Shown here one piece after another: positions 23,254-33,425 of a stretch of DNA of 35,765 nucleotides (positions are counted from its first letter, which is position 1; each line of letters opens with the position of its first letter). The stretch lies in the NCBI GenBank assembly GCA_977017575.1, contig CDRNVI010000204.1:1-35765 (forward strand). Reading direction: 5' to 3'. The notes under the pieces are model-generated. The model was given only the letters and a program-made list of their open reading frames with translations, had not been told where the DNA came from and ran no database searches. The DNA is from Paramoeba atlantica (Eukaryota > Protista > Discosea). The position numbers were made by a program, and so were the translations under genes.

Positions 23254-25664
23254 CACCGCATCCGATTTTTGAGAAAACGCGAATTTTAAAAATAAAGTTC
23301 GGGCCCATTTTTTTTGGTAGCAATCCGGTGTTTAAAGGTGTCGTAAGCAACTTTTTGATGGTTGTTAAGGTGGTAATTTTGTGTTTTTTTTTCAGATATC
23401 AGATGCACAAACCCAGCACCCATAATTCAAAATCCATTTTCATTTTTCAAAGACTGTGTTTCCAAATGTAACCCAACTTGGTTAGCTCAAAACTTGGTGT
23501 ATTTTCCCATCCTAAATAAAAGAGAAGAGAAAGCCCAATATCTTTTTTGTCACGATGAAGAACTGTCCCACAAGCAATTGAGAGCCAAAATTCTTCAATC
23601 AAGCAAAAATCTTTGTTGAAAGAGTCTTCGAGAAGGAGTTCAGGTCCGAACAGAGTGAGCAGTTTGTTTAGACTTTTGAGAGAAAAACAAAAAACAAGAA
23701 GAAAAAAAAAGAAAAAAAAACAAAGGACTTGAACTAAATCGTTTTGGCTGTATTTTTCGAATAAAAAAAAAGAAAAAAAGTAATCTGAAAAGAATCCAAG
23801 ACGAAAATTGCTAATTTTTTTGCTTTTTTTTCTTTCAAATTTTTGATTCTTTTTTCAAAATGCTTGCCAGATTCAATCTCAAAAGAAAAAAATGAATTCA
23901 ATCACAAAAAAAGAAAAGAAGGAGATTAAAAATGGAATTCTTGCTCTGTCAACCAATTCCCCATGATTCTTTGTTTTCTTCTTCATGGACATTATCACCA
24001 AAAAACCCTTTTCCTCTCTCGATGTTATTGTTTCCTCCTGTTCGTTTTTCAGAGCCATCTAAGGATAGTTATTCTACTCTCTCTCTCCTCCTTCACCTTT
24101 ATTATTTGATCATTTTTGTTTTTCGACTGCACGAGAACTTGTAAAAACAAATAAGAGTTTGGTGTCTTGGAAAGTGCTTGAAGAGAAGGTTGTGTTTCCG
24201 TTTGATCATCTTGTTTTTCTTTTTCTTTCTTTTTTTTCTTTCGTTTTTCTCCCCTTTTTTTCTTTCTTTTTTTTTCTTCCTTTTTATTCTTCCTTTTTAT
24301 TCTCTCTTTTTTTCTCCTTTTTTCTCCTTCCTCTTTTTTCTTTTCTTTTTTTTTTTATTATTCTTATCATTTTTAAAAATATCTTTTTTGAATCCACACA
24401 ATACAGATTTCTAAAATTGTTGGAAGAATGAGTTGAAAGAAAGCAAGTGGTTCACATGGACTCTCAAAACCAATGGATTATTCAAAACTGGGACAACCAC
24501 ATTATTTTAACAAGGAAACCAGGAAAAAGCACTATTGTTGTTGAGAACTTATTTTAAAACCAAACCAGTAACAGTTTCTCCCCAAAATCCATCGCCGGCT
24601 TTGGAGCAGGAAGTTTTGGAAATGGAATTTCAAACTCTGGTGATTTCAAGTGTATTGGCTCCCCAGACAAAGGATCTAAGACTCACTGAAATATCATCAC
24701 ATCATTTGGATTTTTTAGTAACCCATATCATTCATCATCATATTCACAAACTGTGCTTGTTTCAAATCATCAGATTTCTCAAGGTTTTGAAAGTCTATTT
24801 ATTAAATTTTAAGAAATTATAATCCTTCAAAACACACACAAAAAAAAAATGAATTAACCTTTTCGAATCGCTTTCTTCACAACTCGCTTCCCAATGGGCA
24901 GACAATGAACGAGTTCTTGAATCAGTCTTTTTGAAATGCTGGACTTGAACTTTTCAAAAGTTCAAGTTCAGTGTTTCAAAAGGTTTATCCTCTTTAATCC
25001 GTGTTCCTTCATACCTTCGAAGAGATAAACCACTTTAAAGTTTGTAATCTCTTCTGTTTTCCTCTTGATTTGAGATGTAAAAGCTCTCCTTTCCCATTGT
25101 TTTTCATGAATAACAGAAGTGTTGATGATTGGAAGTTGTTCTATTTTTGTTCGGAAGAAAAATTGAAAAATTGTCATTTAAAAAGAAAGTTAAACCAGGT
25201 TGTTTTGTCCTTTTGACTTTTTTAATCTTTTTGATCTCTTTCCAAAAATCTTTTTGGTGTTTCTGTGAGATTCGGGTGTGCCCATTTTCAAAAAATTGCC
25301 CGATCTATTTATTCTTAGACTTTAGAATATGGAGAAAAAAGTAGAACCAAAATAGAAAAGGACATCTTCTCTTTCAAGGGGAGATATTGGCAGTTTGACC
25401 AACACTTTTTTAACACTTTTCAACATCTCTCCCATAAAAGTTGTTTTTTTGGTTCTTTAAAAATACATTATTTCAAAGAACATCAAAAAACGAATCAAAA
25501 TCAAAAAACAAACCTTGAAAAGACTTCAAACAAAGACCAAAAAAGTGGATGGCAGAAGCGAAGAGAAGCACGAAAGAAAAACACGAGAAAACACAAGAAC
25601 GCAAACACCGTCCAAAATAGGGACTCAAAAAAAGTGCGCGATTTTTGAAAAATCGAATGCGGTG
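23254..25664. mobile_element. 2411-bp TIR DNA element (CAC...GTG termini, 2-bp TT TSD, CMC/EnSpm-like ends), non-autonomous
   Basis: 28-bp imperfect TIR, CACCGCATCCGATTTTTGAGAAAACGCG versus CACCGCATTCGATTTTTCAAAAATCGCG (24/28). TT flanks both ends (23252-53 and 25665-66). It splits the sequence TTTCACATTCGTTCATT, which is continuous in c2. Confidence 0.88.
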
Positions 25665-26125
25665 TTCGTTCATTTCTCTACAAACTGGACATTTCACTCC
25701 TTTCAAAGAAGAGGAGGAAGGAGAGGGAGAAGAAGAGGAAGAGGAAGAGGAAGGATTTTGAAGAAGTAAGAGTTTGTGGAGACAAAGAGTACAAAAAGAA
25801 AGAGCACAACAAGGTAACAACCTTGGTTCTTTTTCCCAATTCATCAATTCCAAACATATTCCACATTCAAATCTTTTCTTTTTCTCTTCTTCTTCCTTTC
25901 TTCTTTTCATCATCTCTTCTTCTCTTTCTCTTTCTTTTTCTCTTTCTCTTTCATTTTGTTCCTTTTCATCATCATCATTATCTTCAATCACAACAACATC
26001 AACATCATCACCACAATCTGTTGTTTGATCTTCTTTCTCTTTCTTTCCTCTTTTGGTTTTTCTCTTTTTCTCAGTTTCTAATTTTCTTCCTTCTTCTCCC
26101 CCTCCTCTCTTTCTCTTTCCTCTTT

Positions 26126-26352
26126 TGTGAATAACGGAAATTATCGACCCTCCGATCTTTTGGCCCAACTCTTGGCCAAATCCCAAACCTTTGGCTAGTA
26201 TTCTTGGCCTGCTTCAGCGAATCACCTCGACGGGGACCATTTGATGACATCAGCCCGCGACGCGTTCCTCTCGCGCCTTTTCACATTTTCTCGCTTTCTT
26301 GCGATTTGCATAAACTAGTTTTCCCACACAGACAAACCTTTCAGTTTTTACA
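26126..26352 (+). repeat. 5' LTR
   Basis: TGTGAATAAC...TTTTACA; 226/227 identical to 29791-30017 (single C/A difference at 26342/30007). Confidence 0.95.
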
Positions 26353-26353
26353 T

Positions 26354-26364
26354 TGGCGACGCTG
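26354..26364 (+). promoter_or_regulatory. Primer-binding site (TGGCGACGCTG)
   Basis: TGG lies 1 nt after the 5' LTR and is complementary to a tRNA 3' end ...CAGCGUCG-CCA. A tRNA-Ser-like primer is only an inference. Confidence 0.75.
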
Positions 26365-26639
26365 TACGATTCGAAGAGCAATGACTGACACGATTGATGA
26401 GGAAATCACACCGGATGAAAGGATGGTAGTCCAAGTGGAACCCACCTTCACCGGGAATGAGATCCGAGAAATGGAATCAGAACAGAGGCTGGGGCAAGGC
26501 AATTGAAGACCCATCCCCAACAGTCTCAACAAAGCTTCAAGCTCACCAAGCTCATCAAGCCCATCAGGAGCCCCTTGGTAAGAATGGGAACAATCCCATC
26601 AACCCAGCGGCAGCCACAAGGGGCCAGGATACAAGAGAA

Positions 26640-28830
26640 GGCACTGGCTTGTTGTGGTGCCAGGTCTCTCAACACAAATCATTTTCGGGCGCCCAATTAT
26701 GAAGAAAATTGGCATGGTGCTTGATTTTGATCAAAACACAATCGAAATTCGGAAATTAACACAAGGGATTCTCTGATTCCCAATGGAAATGGGAATGGAC
26801 AAAAGAGTTCAGGTAATGATTCCACTCAATAATGAAGGGGAATTGTGGGCAGCAGAAAGACTCACCCTCAAACCTCGACAAGTGCACAGAATCAGGGTAA
26901 ACCTAAAAAAAAGTGTAATCAACCTTCCTTGCATACTGGATTTATTATGCCTGTGGAACGAACTGGCTCACGTCTAATCGTGTTACCAGGATTAGTTTCA
27001 ATGCAGATCGATCAGTTCAAAAATTATTTCATGGAACTAAGTGATAAATCCAACGGAAAGACCAAATAACATAAATCCAAAAACAATAATCACACACCAC
27101 CGATACCTGACACAAGAGGATGTCAACCAAACAGTTGTAAAGAAAATAACGGATGAAATATCCATGAATTAAATAAAGAAGCAACAACAAAAAAAAAAAA
27201 AAAAAAAAAAACTGAACAAAGAAGCGATCAGAGCAAAAAGGAACTCTTGGAAAGAGTATTTGCTCAGGAGGATTGCCACGATAAAGACCTCAAGACGAGC
27301 TATGAAAAAATTCCAGAGAAAGAGTGTACAGACTCAGCTTCCATGACATGTGCCATGTGTTCACTGATGAACACCCATCCTCGGGAACACTCAATCCAAA
27401 GAATTGGGAAACACAACTCAATCAACGGTAGACAGAGTGAATCAAAACAAAGACTGGAAGTAATGGAGAAGACAGGACTCTCCCAAGCTGACCTCACAAT
27501 GGAGGAAAAGATTCAGCTGGCAGACCTCTTCATTAGATTCCGGGGCACAAGAACAAGAGATTGAATCAAACAGCAAATTGAGGACAGACACATCGAAAGT
27601 ATGTTACAAAGAGGAGTGATACAACCCTCTCAATCAGCTTTCGCAAGCCCAATTATGCTGGCGGTAAAACCCCCAGGAAAAAAGATAAGATTCTGTATTG
27701 ATTACCGAAATCTGAACACAAAAACAGTCAAATGGAGTTACCCATTGCCAAAAATAAATGATGTTTTAACATACCTGGGTGGATCGAAATACTTTTCAAC
27801 CCTTGATATGACAGAGGCCTTTTGGTCAATCCTGATAAGAAAGGAAGATCGCCACAAAACAGCATTTGTATCAAGGAGCGGACTGTGGGAATGGATCTCA
27901 ATGCCATTTGGTCTCACAAACACCCCAGCAACACAACAGAGATTTATGGACATGATCCTAGCTGGACTCCGGTGGGAAACATGCATTGTGTATGTTGATG
28001 ATATTGTCGTTTTTTTTTTTCGAAAGATTTTAAAACACATTATGAGACTCTGGAAGAAACATTGACAAGATTAGAAAAACACAAAGTAAGGATTAACATT
28101 TCTAAAGTTCATTTGTGCAAACCGAAATTCATGCTTCTGGGATATACGGCATCCAAAGAAGGCATTGAAGCAAATAGTGCCAAGGTTGAAGCAATTGCAA
28201 ACTACACAACACCAATAAACCACAAGGAATTACAAACATTTCTTGGGGTTGTAAGCTGGTGTCGGAGATTCATTTATAAATGCTCACAAAGAACATTTAA
28301 TATGAGACAACTCCTAAAAGAGAAAAAATTTGAATGAGACAAAGAATTTCAAGAGATGAAAAAAAGAATCAAAGAGATACCTCCGTTGGTACATCCTGAT
28401 TTCAAGAAAACATTCCATATTCATGTTGATGCCTCAAAGAAAGGATACGGAGCAATATTGACACAAAGACCAAACGACCCAGTTGGAAGACAAGCAGATC
28501 TCCCACAGGGAATACCAAAAGATCACAGAATTATAGCCTTTGCAAGCTCAGCGCTGCCAGCAACTCACACTGGATACACTAACCCAGAAAGAGAGTGTTA
28601 TGGGTTGTACTGGGTGACAGAAAAGTTCAAGGAGTTTATCCAGGGATGTGATGTGGTTGCATTTACCAACCACCATAGCCTGAGAGACTTGAGCAATTCA
28701 ATGAAGGAATCCAGAAGCAGCATGATATACAATTGGCTGATCAACATATCCCAAATGGTGAGACAAGTTCTCCATAAACCAGGGAAAACATTGGTAATTC
28801 CAGATGCCCTCAGTAGAGCGCATGTGGAAT
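26640..28830 (+). pseudogene. pol: Degenerate pol: C-terminal retropepsin remnant, reverse transcriptase and RNase H
   Basis: Protease remnant VVPGLSTQIIFGRPIMKKIGMVLDF. RT motifs ASP, RFCIDYRNLN, FSTLD, MPFGL and YVDD (27601-28010), with a frameshift at the T-run 28011-28020 and a TGA in place of Trp at 28335-37. RNase H motifs VDASKKGYGA, ERECYG and VIPDALSR. Confidence 0.9.
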
Positions 28831-28990
28831 ACAAGATCAAAGAACAAAGGACAACCGAAGAGTTGTTAAAGGATCTAATAGGAACAGAAAGTTCAGGAAG
28901 AGAACAGATTAATGAAACAGTCACAAAATTATGCAAAATGGACACAAATCAACAAAAAGATGTACCTCAAAACTGCAAATCAGGTCATGC

Positions 28991-29164
28991 TGGGAGAACT
29001 GGTAAGTCCGATATTTCGGCCCTGGCTTCACTGGATGATCGAGAATTGACAGTAGTGGGGGTACCAACAGAGGAAAGAATAAAGCAGAATACTTTGGCTG
29101 GCAAAGACCAGCTCAGGGAGATGGGAGAACTGGTAAGTCCGAAATACTCGGCCCTGGCTTCACT
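28991..29164 (+). repeat. Two ~42-bp direct repeats inside the retroelement
   Basis: TGGGAGAACTGGTAAGTCCGA-(TATT/AATAC)-TCGGCCCTGGCTTCACT at 28991-29032 and 29122-29164. Confidence 0.85.
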
Positions 29165-29778
29165 TCGAACTGAGGAAATGCAAGGTATCCACCAGAGGGG
29201 GCCAGAAATAGACCCAGGAAACTGGCTAAGTACAGCTTCATCCGCAGGATGTTCCGCTTGGAAAAGCCCTGTTACTCCCCGGCATCCCCACCTCACCAAA
29301 AACAGATCAGGGCATGTGCAGCGCAACACATGGACCCCACCAAGAGTCTAGAAAGGACTGAACGACAGAAAAAAACCCATTTTGCAAACAAATAAGAGAA
29401 TTTCTCCAGGAACAGAAGCTTCCCAGGAACAAGAAGTCAATGGGGCTCAACTCAGACCAAACAAGATGAGAGTGAGCACCCCATCTAAAGAGGGGGGGGA
29501 CACCATTTGAAAGAAGATTCACAAATGGAATGATCAGTAACACCCTCCGAAACATCTCTGAACCCACACAAAAAGAAGAAGTCCAAGAAGAAACAAATCT
29601 TTTCCAAATATTAACCCAAAAATAACAAAACACAGGTAACAGGTAACCCAACAGATCTGAAACCCTTCAAGGTATTCTAACACTTCGCACACGACCACCA
29701 CGAACGAAGAAGACGACACACCGAGAGGATTACAACAACGAAGAATTTAAAGATTGACGTGGGACACGTCTTTGGCTC

Positions 29779-29790
29779 AAGGGGGGAGGA
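29779..29790 (+). promoter_or_regulatory. Polypurine tract
   Basis: AAGGGGGGAGGA directly abuts the 3' LTR. Confidence 0.85.
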
Positions 29791-30017
29791 TGTGAATAAC
29801 GGAAATTATCGACCCTCCGATCTTTTGGCCCAACTCTTGGCCAAATCCCAAACCTTTGGCTAGTATTCTTGGCCTGCTTCAGCGAATCACCTCGACGGGG
29901 ACCATTTGATGACATCAGCCCGCGACGCGTTCCTCTCGCGCCTTTTCACATTTTCTCGCTTTCTTGCGATTTGCATAAACTAGTTTTCCCACACAGACAA
30001 ACCTTTAAGTTTTTACA
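29791..30017 (+). repeat. 3' LTR
   Basis: 227 bp, TG...CA, near-identical to the 5' LTR. Confidence 0.95.
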
Positions 30018-30602
30018 CTTTTTTCACTCATTTTATCTCTGTAAGGAAAAAGGGATCAATCAACAACATAAAAAGGAAGAAGAGTGAAAACAAAAAAAAA
30101 CAAAAGAAGAGAAATGTGAGGGGGAAAAACAATAAAATCATCCACATCCAAAAAAAATGAAAAAGAAAAAGAAAAAGAAAAAGAAAATGAAAAAAATCAA
30201 ACCAAACCAACAAAAAGAGACTCTCAAACCCACACAAATTCGCACAAAGCGAAAGAGAGGGAGAGAGAGGAAGAGAGAAGAGGTTCTGATAATTTTTTTT
30301 TTCAAAAAAAAATTGAGCAAAAGATATCAGAAAAAAATAGAAAAAAAAAAGAAAAGGAAAAAAAAGAAAAATACAAACATCTCTCAAAAAAGTCAGGAAA
30401 GAATTCTTTTTTTCAAAAGAAAGAGAAGAGAGAAGCAAAAACAAAAAGCAAACAAAAACGAGGCCAAAAAAACAAAACTAAAAAAGAGAGAAAAGGAACA
30501 GACACTTAAATCAAGAGAGAGAGAACAAAGGAAAAAAGAGAGAGAACAAAAGAACAAGAGAGACAAAGAAACAAGAAAAACAGAAAAAAAAGAGAAAAAA
30601 AA

Positions 30603-30681
30603 GGAAGGGTACGAAAAGAGGATTCAAAACTTTTTAAACCTCTGAAAAAAATATCACAAAAAACACACCAAAAACTTTTTC
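30603..30681 (-). repeat. Conserved ~80-bp non-coding block, copy C
   Basis: Reverse complement of copies A and B. Confidence 0.85.
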
Positions 30682-31001
30682 TTTTTCGTTTTTCCCTCCT
30701 CTCTTCTCTCTTCTCTCTTCTCTCTCTCTTCTGTCTTCTCTCTCGTTTGGTTTCTTGTGCCTCTCTTTTTTGGGGTTTTGTCTTTCTTCTTTCTTCTTTT
30801 TGAGGTTTTTCGGGTTTGGTTTTGGTTTTTTGGGATCTTGTTCTCTCTCATATTTTCGTTTGGATTTTTCTCTTTCTTCTGGTGGTGTTTTCTTTTCTCT
30901 TCTCTTTCTTTCTTTGAAACAAAAATCCTTTCCTGACTTTTTTGCGAGAGATGTTTGTATTTTTCATTTTTAGTCTGAAAAAACTGTCAGAAACCCCTTT
31001 T

Positions 31002-31258
31002 TGTCTGCTTGTGAGCACCTTAGTCTTAAGGTGTGACTCTTAACCAATCGATGGATGACACGTCTTCAGTGACACCTCCGATCGGACGGACAACCAACCA
31101 TCTGGCGACACGTCAGCGGATGACACCTTGTCTACAAACCCTCGATTGGGACAATTTTGATGACATCACAAAAGGTGACGCGACGAGACGGCGATTTTCA
31201 TTCTCTCGTTTTCCCTTTATCAAAGAAGTTTTTCCGCACACACCACTTTTGCTTCACA
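31002..31258 (+). mobile_element. Probable solo LTR of a family related to the 26126-30017 element
   Basis: GC-richer island sharing GACA/CCCTCCGATC, GAC.ATTT(T)GATGACATCA, GACGCG and TTCTCGYTTTC motifs with the LTRs. Boundaries are ambiguous: 31002-31245 with a CTTTT/CTTTT duplication, or 31010-31258 by end homology without a TSD. Confidence 0.6.
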
Positions 31259-31368
31259 GGTTTGTTTGTTTTTTTTTTTTTTCTTTTTTTTGTGTGGGGG
31301 ATTGATTATTTTTTACTTGTTCTCAGGGATCTTCAACTCCGATCTTTTTTGTTTGGATGGACTTGAAA

Positions 31369-33425
31369 ATGAGCGAAGGAGAAAGAGAAAGAGAAAGAGA
31401 AAGAGAAGAAGAGATGATGGTGAAAAGAAGAAGAAAGGAAGAAGAAGAGAAAAAGAAAAGATTTGAATGTGGAATATGTTTGGAATTGATGGGTTGGGAA
31501 AAAGAACCAAGGTTGTTACCTTGTTGTGCTCTTTCTTTTTGTACTCTTTGCCTCAACAAACTCTTTCTGATTCAAGATCCTTCTTCATCTCCCTCTTCTT
31601 CTTCTTCCCCTTCTTCATCCTCTTTGAAAGGAGTGAAATGTCCAGTTTGTAGAGAAATGAACGAATGTGAAAGCATTGAAACACTTTCGGTGAATTATTT
31701 GATTCCAGAAACGATTGATGTTCTTCTTTCTTCAAATTTGATTTCTTTATCCCAACAATCAGGTTTTCTTTATTTTTTAATGTTTGATTTTCTTTTTTCT
31801 TTCATTTTTTCTTTTTTGAGTAATTTGACCCACCCAACCCCCTGCTGTTGTACCCTTCACTGACTTATTTTCTTCTTTTTGAAACAACAAAATACAAATT
31901 AGGAGAAGTTCAATGTGTGAGTTTCGAAACGTGTGGAGAACAAACTCGAATGTATTGTTCTGATTGTAAAGTCTTTATTTGTGATTCTTGTGATCTGTCT
32001 CACTCCTCTTCTATTTTCACTCGAAATCACAAACGATCTGAAAGAAATGGAAGATTGGAGGAAGAGGGGGGAGTGGTGATGGTGGGGTTGGAGGATTTGA
32101 AGAAGAGAGAATGTTCAAAACACCCATCTGAAACAATCAGTGGATATTGTTTTCAATGTTCTTCTTTTGTTTGTCCTCGTTGTATTCTTGAAACTCACGT
32201 TCAACACAAAGAGAAAGTGAAATCGATTGAAGAAAGTATTTTAGAGAAAAGGAATGAAGTTGCGAAGATTGGAGATAAATTGGAGAGAAGATTGATTGAG
32301 ATTGAAGAAGAAAGAAAAAGGATTGAAAAAGAAATGAAAGAATTAGAAGAGAAATTAGAAAAGAAAAGAATTGAAAAGAAAGAAATAGAATTAGAGAAAG
32401 AAGATTTGAGAATCAGAAAAGATTCAATTATTCGTTTATCCAATACCCCAACACCAACAACAACAACAACAACTGATTGTGATGTTTCTCTCTTTTTTGA
32501 TGATCAACTTTTTTCAACTCTTCTTCAAACTGCAACTGATATTGTAGGCGTTGTTGGATTCCTCAAACCAAAGAAAGGAGTGATTTGTTGTGATGGTGGT
32601 AGTGATTCTTTTCGTTTTGTTTCTTCTTTTCCTTTGGAGAATGAACCTTGGGGAGTGAGTGTGAACAGTGATGGGAATATTTTTATTTGTGAAGAGGATG
32701 GTGGATTGAAAGTGAGAGATAAAGAAGGAAATGAGATGATTGAATCAACAATTCAGAAAACAATTGATTCACTTCAATTGGATCCTGTTGATGTTTCAAT
32801 TGGATTGAATGATCAAATTGTTGTTCTTGATTGGTCTCAAGATTGTCGGAGAGTTGTAATATTAAACGGAGAAGGAGAATTGATCAAATCTTTTGGATCA
32901 AAAGGTTATGAAGATGGTCAGTTTAAAGATCCATATGGTGTGGATGTGGATGAAGAAGGTAGAATTATTGTTGTTGATACTTGGCATCCTCGAATTCAAG
33001 TGTTTGATAATGATGGATCTTTTCTTCATTCTTTTGGTTCATTAGGTTCTTCTGAAGGTCAATTTAATCGACCTTCGAGTGTTGTAGTTGATAGAGATGG
33101 GAATCTTGTTATTTCTGATTCTTACAATAATCGAATTCAAGTGATGGATATTGAAGGGAATTTTATTCGATGTTTTGGAACATATGGTTCAGGTGATTCT
33201 CAATTAATTTGTCCAAAAGGTGTTGATGTGGATGGGGAAGGTAGAATTGTTGTTTGTGATAAAGGAAATGAAAGAGTGTGTGTGTTTGAGAAAGATGGAA
33301 CATTTCTTTTTTCGTTTGGTGAAGATCACGTGGAGAATCCTTTTGGGATTGTTATCGATTCATTTGGAACAATTATTGTTTCAGATTGTGACAAAAATTC
33401 AGTTGAATTTTGGAAATCATTTTGA
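31369..33425 (+). CDS. TRIM-NHL-like paralog c7 with a short N-terminus; 2 exons, about 638 aa
   Basis: Exons 31369-31762 and 31903-33425 with a 140-nt phase-1 intron join in frame. An upstream in-frame ATG at 31357 is also possible. Confidence 0.88.

Larger units (their letters stand above)
26126..30017 (+). mobile_element. Ty3/gypsy-type LTR retrotransposon, internally decayed and non-autonomous (3892 bp)
   Basis: Two 227-bp TG...CA LTRs, a PBS, a PPT and a 4-bp TSD CTTT (26122-25 and 30018-21). Internal order is protease remnant, RT, RNase H; no recognisable integrase. Confidence 0.93.
21495..30031 (-). pseudogene. TRIM-NHL-like paralog c6, interrupted in exon 1 by a TIR element and an LTR retroelement
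   Basis: ATG at 30031. Exon-1 pieces are 30031-30018, 26121-25665 and 23251-23155; the intron is 23154-23063; exon 2 is 23062-21495. Removing both insertions and one copy of each TSD gives 568+1568 nt, an open frame of 711 aa. Confidence 0.88.

Noticed and set aside
25473-26186. 237-aa ORF as an independent RING protein fused to novel ends
   Set aside because: Its ends are read-through into the LTR and the TIR element; the middle is the interrupted exon 1 of c6.
27190-27211. Long poly-A run as a retroposed poly(A) tail or nested SINE
   Set aside because: No TSD or element body could be identified; most likely slippage in an A-rich degenerate region.
26126-30017. RT next to hypervariable genes as a diversity-generating retroelement (DGR)
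   Set aside because: The RT is a gypsy-type pol with LTRs, PBS, PPT and TSD, and it is inactivated. No template repeat is visible. Variable codons change at all positions and bases (GCG/AAG/AAT/AGT/GAG), not only at adenines.
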